This document shows, piece by piece, positions 36,159 to 46,246 of a stretch of DNA of 64,000 nt. This DNA comes from a bacterium (GTDB lineage Bacteria; Zhuqueibacterota; Zhuqueibacteria; Residuimicrobiales; Krinioviventaceae). How positions within the stretch are numbered: the first letter of the stretch is position 1; every line of letters begins with the position of its first letter. Where the stretch lies: NCBI GenBank assembly GCA_963675755.2, contig CAXXMD010000002.1:2304001-2368000 (forward strand), read 5' to 3'. The notes under the pieces are model-generated. The model had not been told where the DNA came from. It worked only from the letters and a program-made list of their open reading frames with translations, and made no database searches. The translations under genes were made by a program, and so were the position numbers.

Positions 36159-37670
36159 ATGTCTTCCCAGTTAGTAATTGTAGAACAGCGGAGCGATTGG
36201 AAACCCAATTATCCCGATATTGAGGTTGTTACAGCAGGAGAATATATTAGCGATCCCAAATACGCAAAGCTAAAAAACCTGCGCATATTCAACCTTTGCC
36301 GAAACTATCGCTACCTCAGCCTGGGGTATTACTGTTCTCTGTTGGCAGAAGCCCGTCAACATAAAATATTACCCACGGTCAAAACCATAACAGACCTGAG
36401 CAGCAAATCCATATACAGTTTAAACATTGAAGACCTGCATAACATTATTCAAAAAAGTCTGAAAAGTAAAAGCACTCTTGACCAGAACGCCTTTACGCTG
36501 TTTATTTATTTTGGTCAGTGCGATGACCCCGATTTTTCTGAACTTGCCCGGCAGTTGTTCGATATTTATCCCAGCCCGGCATTACGTGTGGAATTTAAAC
36601 TACAAGCGGACTGGCAAATCTCTGCAATCCGGTCCGGACATTTTACAAACTGGCCGGAAGAGCAGGTAACGCAATTTATTCAGGCCTTTAATGCCTATTC
36701 TACCAAGCGCTGGCTCAGACCCAAAGAAACGAAACATCAACGTTATGATCTGGCTATACTGGTCAACCCGGAAGAAACATTACCTCCGTCCAATAAACGC
36801 GCTCTGAAAAAATTCGAAAAAATTGGTAAAGAGCTGGGCCTGGCAGTGGACTTTATTACCAAAAAAGATTTTTCTCGTCTTGCGGAATATGACGCATTGT
36901 TTATCCGTGAAACCACCCAGATTGATCACCATACATTTCGATTTGCAAGACGCGCGGAAAGCGAAGGACTTGTTGTTATTGATGATCCCACATCCATTGT
37001 CAAATGCACAAATAAAATTTTTCTATTCGAACAATTGACAGCACAAAAGATCCCCATACCGGTTACCCGATTGCTAAAAAAAGAAGATCCCAAAGATATT
37101 ACTGCATTGGAAAAGGCCATCCCCTATCCCATTGTTCTGAAAATGCCGCAAAGTTCTTTTTCACGAGGGGTGCACAAGGTCAAAGATCATGATGAATTGA
37201 TACAAATGACCACACAATTGTTTACCGAATCAGATATTCTACTAGCACAGGAATACATGTATACTGAATACGACTGGCGCATCGGCGTTCTCAATGGAGA
37301 ACCTTTATATGCATGTCAGTATTTTATGTCCCGCCACCACTGGCAGATTGTAAAACACACCAAATCCGGTAAATTCAGTACAGGGCAATATAAAACCTGG
37401 CCAATTGACCAGGTAGACCCCAGAATTATTGAAACCGCGTTACAATCCACACAACATATAGGAAACGGCTTGTATGGCGTGGATTTAAAATTTATAAACA
37501 ACACGGTCAAAGTCATTGAAGTGAATGACAATCCCAATTTAGATGCCGGTGTAGAGGATGCATTTTTAAAAAACGAGTTGTACTATAAAATTCTGGGAGA
37601 ATTTACAAGAAGACTCGACAATAACAAATCCGGTAATGGCAACGGCTGGAATCCAGGTAACCAGGCTTGA
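36159..37670 (+). CDS. RimK-family ATP-grasp peptide ligase with an N-terminal RLAN domain
   Basis: NLCRNYRYLSLGYYCSLLAEAR (RLAN); DALFIRETT, DWRIGVL, GLYGVDLK and IEVNDNPN. Confidence 0.9.
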   Translation: MSSQLVIVEQRSDWKPNYPDIEVVTAGEYISDPKYAKLKNLRIFNLCRNYRYLSLGYYCSLLAEARQHKILPTVKTITDLSSKSIYSLNIEDLHNIIQKSLKSKSTLDQNAFTLFIYFGQCDDPDFSELARQLFDIYPSPALRVEFKLQADWQISAIRSGHFTNWPEEQVTQFIQAFNAYSTKRWLRPKETKHQRYDLAILVNPEETLPPSNKRALKKFEKIGKELGLAVDFITKKDFSRLAEYDALFIRETTQIDHHTFRFARRAESEGLVVIDDPTSIVKCTNKIFLFEQLTAQKIPIPVTRLLKKEDPKDITALEKAIPYPIVLKMPQSSFSRGVHKVKDHDELIQMTTQLFTESDILLAQEYMYTEYDWRIGVLNGEPLYACQYFMSRHHWQIVKHTKSGKFSTGQYKTWPIDQVDPRIIETALQSTQHIGNGLYGVDLKFINNTVKVIEVNDNPNLDAGVEDAFLKNELYYKILGEFTRRLDNNKSGNGNGWNPGNQA

Positions 37671-37689
37671 AAAATTATAAGGAAAAGCA

Positions 37690-37718
37690 TTGAATAAAAA
37701 ATAATTTGTTATTATAAT
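37690..37718 (+). promoter_or_regulatory. Putative sigma70 promoter for the CDF/ABC operon
   Basis: TTGAAT-17 bp-TATAAT. Confidence 0.5.
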
Positions 37719-37919
37719 AACAATCTGAAAATTCGACACATCGTAAACAAGTTATGATGGATTAATGTGTTACAAATGCAATAATTTACCGTATATAGCT
37801 GGGAACTCTAATATTTACAAAGAACACGGCAACGTTTGGCTGAATCCCATGAAATAATATTCCCTGGTATTGTGTTGATTTAACAACCCGGAAATAAATA
37901 ATAGCAAAACAGGTACCGC

Positions 37920-38792
37920 ATGTCAAAGGAATCACATAAACTCACATTACTCTCTGGCTGGATATCGATAATTGGTAACATTCTTTTATTCATAGTCAAA
38001 CTGTGGGCAGGTTTGGTAACCGGCTCTGTAGCCCTTATTGCTGATGCGTGGCATACGCTTTCAGATTCTGCATCTTCTCTGGTTGTAATAATCAGCGCCA
38101 ATTTCTCCATAAAACCCGCAGACAAGGAACATCCCTTTGGTCATGGTAGAATTGAATTAATCTCGTCCATTATTATAGGCGTTATGCTGGCATTTGTTGC
38201 CTTTGATTTTTTCATTCAAGCCATAGATAAATTAAGACACCGCGAAACGGTTGTATTTGGCACTTTTGCCATTGTAGCGACGGTTTTGTCCATTATTGTC
38301 AAAGAAGCCATGGCGCAATATGCTATCTGGGCTTCAAAAAAAGTAGATTCCCCCATGCTTCGCGCAGATGCCTGGCACCACCGTTCAGATGCCCTTTCTT
38401 CAGTTATTATTCTAATAGGTATCTTTCTGGCCCCCTTCTGGTGGTGGATTGATGGTGTTCTGGGTATTGTTGTATCCCTTTTCATCATACATACTACCAT
38501 TACATTATTCAAAGAGAATATCAACCCCCTGTTAGGTGAGGAACCTGACAAAGCCATGATAAATTCAATCCACCAGATTTGTGATGACCAGTTTGAACAG
38601 CATGTAAACGCACACCACTTTCACCTGCATCGTTACGGCAGGCACAAAGAACTGACATTTCACATCAGATTGCCGGGAAATATGGATCTGCAAAACGCTC
38701 ATAAAATTGCCTCAACCATTGAACGTTCCGTAGAAAAGAATCTAAATGTCATTGCAACCATACACATGGAACCCATGGAATCAAAAAAATGA
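37920..38792 (+). CDS. Cation diffusion facilitator (FieF-like) transporter
   Basis: SVALIADAWHTLSD, PADKEHPFGHGRIE and ADAWHHRSD. Confidence 0.93.
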   Translation: MSKESHKLTLLSGWISIIGNILLFIVKLWAGLVTGSVALIADAWHTLSDSASSLVVIISANFSIKPADKEHPFGHGRIELISSIIIGVMLAFVAFDFFIQAIDKLRHRETVVFGTFAIVATVLSIIVKEAMAQYAIWASKKVDSPMLRADAWHHRSDALSSVIILIGIFLAPFWWWIDGVLGIVVSLFIIHTTITLFKENINPLLGEEPDKAMINSIHQICDDQFEQHVNAHHFHLHRYGRHKELTFHIRLPGNMDLQNAHKIASTIERSVEKNLNVIATIHMEPMESKK

Positions 38793-39643
38793 TTACAGTA
38801 CAAAATCTGAATTTCACCTACCCGGGTAATAAAACACAAACTTTACATGATTTGAATTTTAAAATCCCCCCGGGTGAAATATTCGGATTTTTAGGGCCAA
38901 GCGGCGCGGGAAAAAGTACAACACAAAAACTACTCATCGGTCTTTTAAAGGGATATTCCGGCACCATTGAGGTCAATGGAACTGATATGAAACATATCAA
39001 ATCCAACTTTTACGAATCCATTGGTGTCATGTTTGAATTTCCAAATCTCTACACCAAATTCAGTGCGATTGAGAATCTGTTATTTTTCAAAAAATTGTAC
39101 AAATCCGCAACAACAGATCCATATGAACTGTTGTCCAAAACCGGACTGGAAAAAGATGCCAATACTCGCGTTGCAGAATTCTCCAAAGGTATGAAAGTAC
39201 GTTTAAACTTTTGCCGCGCCTTGCTCAACACACCCAAACTCTTATTTCTGGATGAACCTACATCCGGGCTTGATCCAACCAACACCCGCAACATGATCAA
39301 TCTCATCCGCGAGCTTGCTGACAATGGCACAACTGTCATTCTCTCTACCCATAACATGCATGTTGCCGATGTGCTTTGTCACCGGGTAGCCTTTATTGTT
39401 GATGGCAAATTGCCGCTGATCAATTCGCCCCGCGAACTGAAACTTGAACACGGCAAACGCCTGTTAACGGTTGAATTCCGCCAGAATAATCATTTGTTAA
39501 AACAAAACTTTCAGCTTGATGGTTTGGCAGAAAACCCTGAATTCCATACACTGCTTCAGGAAAAACATGTGGAAACCATGCACACACAGGAAGCCACGCT
39601 TGAAGACATTTTCATCAAGACCACCGGCAGGGCACTGCAATGA
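38789..39643 (+). CDS. ABC exporter ATP-binding protein
   Basis: Walker A GPSGAGKST, signature FSKGM, Walker B LLFLDEPTSGLDP. Confidence 0.93.
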   Translation: MITVQNLNFTYPGNKTQTLHDLNFKIPPGEIFGFLGPSGAGKSTTQKLLIGLLKGYSGTIEVNGTDMKHIKSNFYESIGVMFEFPNLYTKFSAIENLLFFKKLYKSATTDPYELLSKTGLEKDANTRVAEFSKGMKVRLNFCRALLNTPKLLFLDEPTSGLDPTNTRNMINLIRELADNGTTVILSTHNMHVADVLCHRVAFIVDGKLPLINSPRELKLEHGKRLLTVEFRQNNHLLKQNFQLDGLAENPEFHTLLQEKHVETMHTQEATLEDIFIKTTGRALQ

Positions 39644-40341
39644 GACTCCTGGCAGCGTTCAAGCATGATGTGGTCTTTCAATTCCGACATGGATTTTATT
39701 ACGCGTATCTGGTACTGACAATCATCTATATTCTTGCATTAATGCCGCTCAAAGGTTTATTGCAGCATACCATTACAACCCTTGTCCTCATTACCGATGT
39801 CGGTATGATTGGGTTCTTTTTCGTAGGAGCCATCGTCATTTTGGAAAAAGGACAAAACCTGCTGGAATCTGTATTTGTTACGCCGCTAAGATTAAACGAA
39901 TATCTGCTTTCCAAAGTAGCCTCACTTGCACTATTGGCCTTGCTTTCCGCGCTTGTCATTGCTTCGAGTGTTTATGGGTTTTCAGTTTTTTTCTTGTTGT
40001 TTATACCGGGTATGGTACTGGGAACTGCTTTTTATACATTGTTCGGTATTTGGGTGGCAATTCGCTCCAAAAACGTGAACGATTATTTTGCAAAAGCATT
40101 GGGATTGGGACTATTTCTCTCCCTACCCCTAATAGATTACCTGAACATATTGAAAAGTTCGCTGTTCCATCTGTTCCCTGCAAATGCCATGCTGGTATTT
40201 TTCGATTCCCTGTACAATCCCCAGCCGCTTTCTGATATTTTAATCGCTTTTGTCACATTAAGCATATGGACAGCAGGTGCTGCGTTGCTGGTTCAACGGG
40301 ATTTTAAAAAGTACATTATCCTCCAAATGGGGGTTAAATGA
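39640..40341 (+). CDS. ABC exporter permease (Rv2686c/2687c-type fluoroquinolone exporter family)
   Basis: FQFRHGFYY and GFFFVGAIVILEK......VFVTPL...EYL; overlaps the ATPase stop codon. Confidence 0.8.
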   Translation: MRLLAAFKHDVVFQFRHGFYYAYLVLTIIYILALMPLKGLLQHTITTLVLITDVGMIGFFFVGAIVILEKGQNLLESVFVTPLRLNEYLLSKVASLALLALLSALVIASSVYGFSVFFLLFIPGMVLGTAFYTLFGIWVAIRSKNVNDYFAKALGLGLFLSLPLIDYLNILKSSLFHLFPANAMLVFFDSLYNPQPLSDILIAFVTLSIWTAGAALLVQRDFKKYIILQMGVK

Positions 40342-41066
40342 TCAAACAAACACTTGCATTTTCATTTACTGATATGAAAAACATTCTCAGGGACTCTACC
40401 CTGTTGTTAATGGCATTCGGCACATTGGGTATTTTGTTAATCTTACGTCTCGGCGTACCCACGCTTGGCGCGTTTCTCTTTCAACAATATAATTTCAAGC
40501 TTGATGCTTATTACCCTTACATTGTCTGTTTTATGGGATTCGTTCCGCCTCTTTTGTTTGGTATGATCAGCGGATTCATTATTCTTGAAGAACGGGATCA
40601 AGAGATCATTACCTTCATAAGCGTTACTCCCCTGGGTAGAACCGGCTATATCGCTTACAAGTTGTTATTTGCCATGCTGACCGGTTTTATATTTTATTAT
40701 CTGATCATCTATTCTACAGGCTTGTTGACTCTGCCCTTAATACAAACCACCGCACTGGCTGCAGGCGCCATGTTTATTGCACCTGTCACTGCTTTAATTC
40801 TGGCTGCTTTTGCAGAAAATAAAGTTCAGGGACTGGCACTGGCAAAAATAACAGGAATCCAGTTACTGGCCCCCCTTGCTGTTTTTTTTGTACCCGGTCA
40901 CTGGCAATATATTGCAGCAATGTTTCCCACCTTTTGGCTGACAAAAGCCTTTTTAGCGGCAATATCACATCAGCATTCTTTTGCAATATTAATCCTAATA
41001 GGATATTTGCTTTATTTGATTTTCTTGATTATATTTATGAAATGTTTTACTTCCAGACAGCGTTAA
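40338..41066 (+). CDS. Second ABC exporter permease
   Basis: GFIILEERD.......VTPL and AENKVQGLA; 6 TM helices. Confidence 0.8.
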   Translation: MIKQTLAFSFTDMKNILRDSTLLLMAFGTLGILLILRLGVPTLGAFLFQQYNFKLDAYYPYIVCFMGFVPPLLFGMISGFIILEERDQEIITFISVTPLGRTGYIAYKLLFAMLTGFIFYYLIIYSTGLLTLPLIQTTALAAGAMFIAPVTALILAAFAENKVQGLALAKITGIQLLAPLAVFFVPGHWQYIAAMFPTFWLTKAFLAAISHQHSFAILILIGYLLYLIFLIIFMKCFTSRQR

Positions 41067-41192
41067 GTTAAAAATCACTGTCTATCCCGTCAAAGCTATA
41101 ACCAATTAGATAAAAAATTACAGGAAATGTATGACGCTGCATGATATCATACAATTTTTCACAGAAACCGGAATTTAACAAGGGGAATTTAA

Positions 41193-41876
41193 ATGCCAAA
41201 CCAGCACATGCAGTCAAAAAACAAAAAGTACAGCATGCAGTTTTTTGCATTCCTGATCATTACGCTAACATTGACATCAAGTACCATTTATTTTATCAGG
41301 CATTACACCAAAAACAAGCAGGCAAACTCTACAATGCTGCAATCCATGACCGTATTTGAAGGAAGATTCAAAACCACGGGTACATATACGGACCTGTTCT
41401 CCTGGTTTTTAATTTTCAACCAGATACAAGAGCATTATCACAACTATCAGGGCCGTTATCTGGATATCTCAGAGATAGATAAAGAAAAAATCATTGCCAT
41501 TGATCCATCCAAAGTTGTTAACAACGTAAGACAGACCTTTTGGGATAATAGTGTATTTATGGATAGTTTTGTTCCTCCCGATACCCTCAAAAGCCACCTC
41601 TACACGATTTACGGGAAATATTACGCAGATTTTTTATCACGTCTTGATCCGGAATATTATACAACCGAATTCAAGCTGGATAAAGATAAAAGCAATTATG
41701 AAATTTCTGTTTTCGAAGTCAAAGACATTACACTTGACCAGGATGCTCAGGACAATTGGGTATTCAGCAGCAAAGACAGTCTCTTTTTATTTCATGATCG
41801 AGGTAATAAGTTATCGACCGATGAACGCATTAGTGCCTATACCGATATCATGTTTGAAAACCTGGATAAAAAATAG
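41193..41876 (+). CDS. Hypothetical protein with a single N-terminal membrane anchor
   Basis: 227 aa ORF with hydrophobic FFAFLIITLTLTSSTIYFI; start uncertain. Confidence 0.65.
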   Translation: MPNQHMQSKNKKYSMQFFAFLIITLTLTSSTIYFIRHYTKNKQANSTMLQSMTVFEGRFKTTGTYTDLFSWFLIFNQIQEHYHNYQGRYLDISEIDKEKIIAIDPSKVVNNVRQTFWDNSVFMDSFVPPDTLKSHLYTIYGKYYADFLSRLDPEYYTTEFKLDKDKSNYEISVFEVKDITLDQDAQDNWVFSSKDSLFLFHDRGNKLSTDERISAYTDIMFENLDKK

Positions 41877-41974
41877 TTTTGAACCCTGGTGCGGCATACG
41901 AGTATAACAATCAATATAAAAACGGAACAAACTCTGAAAACAACAAAAAACAATCATAGAGCGGAGTAAAAAAT

Positions 41975-42667
41975 ATGGATGAAAAATCCCGGGAATCTCT
42001 CCGGCACATCCGTGTACTCATCAACGACCTGGAACAACTGATTCCTAAATCCATTGACAGTGGATCCATAACACCTGCTGAACGTATACCTATTAAAACT
42101 GAACTGTTAATGGGTGTTTACTCGTGCCGTATTTATGAATTATCTCTATCGGCCTATAACCTGTTCCAAGACAGCAGGCACCTGCCTGCAATTATTATGA
42201 TTCGGGCAATTATGGAAACCACAGGTATGCTGAACTGGCTGCGTAAAAAGATCCATTATATTGTAAACCATGATGAACTTGGCAGTATGGATAATTTCCT
42301 CATGCGCATGATCTTTGGTAGCAGGTTGAATCCCGGTCTCAAAAAATCATACAATATTCTTGACGGTATAGACAAAATTAACAAAGAGACACCGGGTTTC
42401 CGCAAAGCCTACGATATTCTTTGTGAATACACACATCCCAACAGCGCAGGCACCTATTTCTCATATGTCACCCGGGACGATGAAAACGGCAAATTCCATT
42501 TACGCTTTAATTCGCACCACAATCCGGTTGATATCGGATTAGGGACCTTGAATAGCTGTCTTGAAATTGCAATTTTTTCTCTGAAACATATAAATGATAA
42601 TTTTAAAACATACATAGAAATCTGTGAAAATACTATTGGAGCAGAACCAGATACTGAGGACAAATAA
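41975..42667 (+). CDS. DUF5677-like helical protein
   Basis: AIIMIRAIME helix and YDILCEYTHPN motif; GGAG RBS. Confidence 0.55.
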   Translation: MDEKSRESLRHIRVLINDLEQLIPKSIDSGSITPAERIPIKTELLMGVYSCRIYELSLSAYNLFQDSRHLPAIIMIRAIMETTGMLNWLRKKIHYIVNHDELGSMDNFLMRMIFGSRLNPGLKKSYNILDGIDKINKETPGFRKAYDILCEYTHPNSAGTYFSYVTRDDENGKFHLRFNSHHNPVDIGLGTLNSCLEIAIFSLKHINDNFKTYIEICENTIGAEPDTEDK

Positions 42668-43395
42668 TGAGATTACACTATTTTCAACATGTACCTTTTG
42701 AAGACCTGGGCAGTATTAAAGACTGGGCATTGAATAAGAATATGGAAATTACAAGCACCCGTTTTTACAAAGGAGAAACACCCCCCGAACCGGAAGAGTA
42801 TGACTGGCTGGTTGTAATGGGCGGTCCTATGGGGATTTATGATTACGAACTGTATCCCTGGCTCAAATCGGAAAAAAGGGCCATACGCAAGGCCATCAAA
42901 GACAACAAAACTATACTGGGTATTTGCCTTGGCGCCCAGCTTATTTCAGATGTATTGGGCAGCCAGGTAACCCAAAATCCCGAAAAAGAGATTGGCTGGT
43001 TTCCTATTATCAAAAATGAAAAAGCGGACCAATCTCCTATCGCTGCTTTTTTGCCTCAAGAGACAATTGCGTTTCACTGGCATGGAGACACATTCCCCAT
43101 TCCCGAAGGTGCTGTGCCCCTTGCTTCGAGTGAGGCTTGCAAAAACCAGGGATTCATCTACAATGACAGAATCGTCGGGCTGCAATTCCATCTCGAATCA
43201 ATTCCTAAAAGTGTGCAACTATTAATCGACAATTGTCGTAACGAGCTGGTTAAAGCTCCATTTATCCAATCGGTGAAAACATTACAAACCGATGAATATT
43301 TTCCCCATATCAATGCCATTATGGAATCACTTTTGGAAAAATTGTATGCAAACATAACCATTGATGTTCAAGAATCCCCCAATACTCGTGAATAA
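42667..43395 (+). CDS. Type 1 glutamine amidotransferase-like protein
   Basis: VMGGPMG, LGICLGAQL, WHGD and LQFHLE; TAATG overlap with the upstream gene. Confidence 0.92.
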   Translation: MRLHYFQHVPFEDLGSIKDWALNKNMEITSTRFYKGETPPEPEEYDWLVVMGGPMGIYDYELYPWLKSEKRAIRKAIKDNKTILGICLGAQLISDVLGSQVTQNPEKEIGWFPIIKNEKADQSPIAAFLPQETIAFHWHGDTFPIPEGAVPLASSEACKNQGFIYNDRIVGLQFHLESIPKSVQLLIDNCRNELVKAPFIQSVKTLQTDEYFPHINAIMESLLEKLYANITIDVQESPNTRE

Positions 43396-43453
43396 TTGTT
43401 ACTCGTAATTTGTTCACTAACAAAAGCAAATGACAAATTACATTGAGGATGAT

Positions 43454-44095
43454 ATGATTGTTAAACAATTTCGCACCGGAGGAGACCGGAATTTTGGTTA
43501 TCTGATTGCCGATGAAGAATCCAAACAGGCGGTTATTATTGATCCGTCTTACTCTCCGGATATGCTGGTAGATTATGCTGAGGAAAATAATTTAACAATC
43601 CGTTATATTTTCATCACTCATGATCACTATGATCATACAAACGGTAACCAGGCAATTTACAAGCGAACCGGAATCAAACCTCTTTTGTATGGGAGTCAGG
43701 AAGAACAAAGCGGCAAAAAAATCTCGGACAATACTGAACTGCCGCTGGGCAGCCTGACAGTAAAAATAATCCATACTCCCGGGCATACACATGAATGTAT
43801 GTGTATATTGGTTGGAGATGCTCTATTTACCGGAGATACATTATTTGTGGGCAAGATTGGTGGTACCGATTTTGGCAAAGCGGCAAAAGTAGAATATGAA
43901 TCTTTGCATAATAAACTTTTGGTTCTGCCTGATCACATTCGCGTCTTTCCGGGACATGATTATGGTACAGATCCGGAATCCACAATAGGACATGAGAGAA
44001 AAACCAACCCCTTTCTCATACAACCGGATTTTAACTCGTTTGTGGAACTAAAGCGCAATTGGGGCGCGTACAAGGCAAAACATGGCATTAAATAA
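43454..44095 (+). CDS. Metallo-beta-lactamase-fold hydrolase (glyoxalase II-like)
   Basis: THDHYDH, HTPGHT, FTGDTLF and PGHDY; start at 43454 after GAGGA. Confidence 0.9.
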   Translation: MIVKQFRTGGDRNFGYLIADEESKQAVIIDPSYSPDMLVDYAEENNLTIRYIFITHDHYDHTNGNQAIYKRTGIKPLLYGSQEEQSGKKISDNTELPLGSLTVKIIHTPGHTHECMCILVGDALFTGDTLFVGKIGGTDFGKAAKVEYESLHNKLLVLPDHIRVFPGHDYGTDPESTIGHERKTNPFLIQPDFNSFVELKRNWGAYKAKHGIK

Positions 44096-44097
44096 AA

Positions 44098-44124
44098 AAA
44101 GCCGTGGTATTTAACCACGGCTTT
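44098..44124. terminator. Bidirectional terminator
   Basis: AAAGCCGTGGT-ATTTA-ACCACGGCTTT between convergent genes. Confidence 0.8.
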
Positions 44125-44129
44125 ATTGT

Positions 44130-44984
44130 TTAAAAGAAACTGTAACTCAGCCCAACAGCAAGCGCCTGTTTTAACTGCCGCTTTTTGGAAACATCCTTGT
44201 CATATATCATTTTAACATTAAAATTCATATTCACATATTGAGATACCTTGGCGGTTAAAACCGTATCCCAGTTTACATCAATCTCGTCAAAAGCAACCAG
44301 ATTGGAAAACAGTTCCAGCTTTGATGTAAGTTTACTGGTTTTGGTAATATTGATATCCAGATCAGTAACCGATTCCATACCATACTCGAAACGGTTCTTT
44401 TCTATCTTGTCCGTTGCAGGATCATCTGCAAAAGGTACAGGATAGTCATTAGTAATGGTCTGTTTTAACGACGCACCCAAACGTGTACCAATTGAGGGTT
44501 TGGGTTTAAATCCAAATCCTATACTTTCTCTAAAATAAAGTGGATCAATAAGATCAGATATTTGTACTTTGGGGTCTTTTTTATAATTATATCCCGGCGC
44601 AAACTGGGTTTCACCCGTTGCCGCAACAAAGGGATCAATTGCAATACCCAGTTTACAGGTGTAAACTGACTCGAGTTTTATTTCGTCAATGGACTTTTTC
44701 ATCTCATCATCATTGACCTTGTTCATACCATAATTCAGTTTTCCGCTGTTAACCCAGTTATGATGTTCCTGATCATTTTCAAATTTAAAATTGTAATTTA
44801 ATTGCCAGGCCAGAGTATTTTCACCACCCTGTACATAATTGTCAAAACTGGTTTGGGTTAAATTTACGCCCACTGCCATCTCTTTTTTCCAGCCATATTT
44901 GTTTGCTGTAGAGTCAGCATCCTGAGCGATTAATGATGTGGACAGCAATAAAACTGCTGCTACTGCAATAATATACTGTTTCAT
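44130..44984 (-). CDS. DUF3078-family outer-membrane beta-barrel protein
   Basis: Signal peptide; NLTQTSFDNY..GGEN, KKSIDEI and TQFAPGY; terminal VGLSYSFF beta-signal. Confidence 0.85.
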   Translation of the reverse strand: MKQYIIAVAAVLLLSTSLIAQDADSTANKYGWKKEMAVGVNLTQTSFDNYVQGGENTLAWQLNYNFKFENDQEHHNWVNSGKLNYGMNKVNDDEMKKSIDEIKLESVYTCKLGIAIDPFVAATGETQFAPGYNYKKDPKVQISDLIDPLYFRESIGFGFKPKPSIGTRLGASLKQTITNDYPVPFADDPATDKIEKNRFEYGMESVTDLDINITKTSKLTSKLELFSNLVAFDEIDVNWDTVLTAKVSQYVNMNFNVKMIYDKDVSKKRQLKQALAVGLSYSFF

Positions 44985-45062
44985 ATGTTCTCCATTTATT
45001 GTTTTATAATATTAGACAAAAAAATGTAGCAAACATTCCATTTTTTTATTTTATTGAAAAAA

Positions 45063-46235
45063 TTAAAACAAATTCCCAAATGTAGCATAGATTGCAAAAG
45101 ATCGATATTTGGAATATCCTATATCCAACGCTCCCACAAAATCCTTATTCCATTTAACATGGAGGCCCATACCCCGGGTAAAATGAAAATCAGAAATCGT
45201 TTTCTTTTCTTCATTCAACCAGATTCTTCCCGCATCCACAAAACCATGAATATAACTTGTAAAATCTTGTTTTAAAATTGTCACTTTTAAAACTCTGCAA
45301 CGCAATTCAAAATTCCCCATAAATTTATTGGGTCCTATCAGAAAAAAACGCGGCAGCCCACGCAGACTATAACCTCCGCCCAAGCCTTCTCTGCGTTGAT
45401 AAGAACTGCTGAAAAACGACATTTCATAAAAAGGAGGATCACCCGGCATGGTCTCGAACATGAGTCGCTGCGCGTAAACCAGACGGGGATGCAAAGAAAA
45501 GTATCTACGGTCAGTAAAAGTTGCCCGCCAGTACGAATACTCACCACCCAATGCTTTAACGGATTTTTCAATCAAAAATTCTGTCCAAAATCCTTTACTG
45601 GGTACAGATTCGGAGTCACGCTGATCATACACAACACCTAGTTGGAAATAATTGGAAATACCTCCCTCTATCCCAAAAGGACTTTCTTCATCATAAAGAG
45701 TAGTTCCTTCATGGTTTGCAACATCAGTATCATAGTATCCTAATCCGGCTAATCCTTTTAATCCATCCCTGAACAATGGAAACTGCAACTTGGCCATAAC
45801 CGCCAGCCACTTGCGCTTGTACTTGTAATAATTTTCATCAATAAACAATGCATCATCCGCTTCTTTAAACTCGCGGTGATAATCAATATCATTCCCAATT
45901 CCAAGATAATCATCATAGACGAACCGCTTGGAATCAAAAAAAATATCAAAGCGTGAATTGGGACCTATAATTTCTGGTACATCCCAAAAGACGAAAATAT
46001 CACGACGCTGTTCAGTGGTTACACTGTAATTCATAACCAGGTTCCACTTGTAGGGTTGAACACTGCCATCGCCATATTGATACAAAAAGGCTCTGCCGCC
46101 ATATTGCAAACCTTCACCACTGCTGTATGCCAGCGTTGGTAATCCCGCAATACTGAGCCCAGTTGAATTCGATTCAGCTTCCAATGCAACACAATACATT
46201 AATAGCACAAGAATAAATACTACTTTTCTTTTCAC
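45063..46235 (-). CDS. Omp85/BamA-TamA-family beta-barrel protein apparently lacking POTRA domains
   Basis: YDQRD...PSKG, LGGGYSLRG and FVDAGRIW; terminal ATFGNLF; barrel strands start right after the signal peptide; GTG start. Confidence 0.8.
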   Translation of the reverse strand: MKRKVVFILVLLMYCVALEAESNSTGLSIAGLPTLAYSSGEGLQYGGRAFLYQYGDGSVQPYKWNLVMNYSVTTEQRRDIFVFWDVPEIIGPNSRFDIFFDSKRFVYDDYLGIGNDIDYHREFKEADDALFIDENYYKYKRKWLAVMAKLQFPLFRDGLKGLAGLGYYDTDVANHEGTTLYDEESPFGIEGGISNYFQLGVVYDQRDSESVPSKGFWTEFLIEKSVKALGGEYSYWRATFTDRRYFSLHPRLVYAQRLMFETMPGDPPFYEMSFFSSSYQRREGLGGGYSLRGLPRFFLIGPNKFMGNFELRCRVLKVTILKQDFTSYIHGFVDAGRIWLNEEKKTISDFHFTRGMGLHVKWNKDFVGALDIGYSKYRSFAIYATFGNLF

Positions 46236-46246
46236 ACCTTTACCCG

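Noticed and set aside
38789-41066. Calling the ABC exporter an antibiotic-resistance determinant
   Set aside because: Family resemblance to fluoroquinolone exporters does not establish the substrate.
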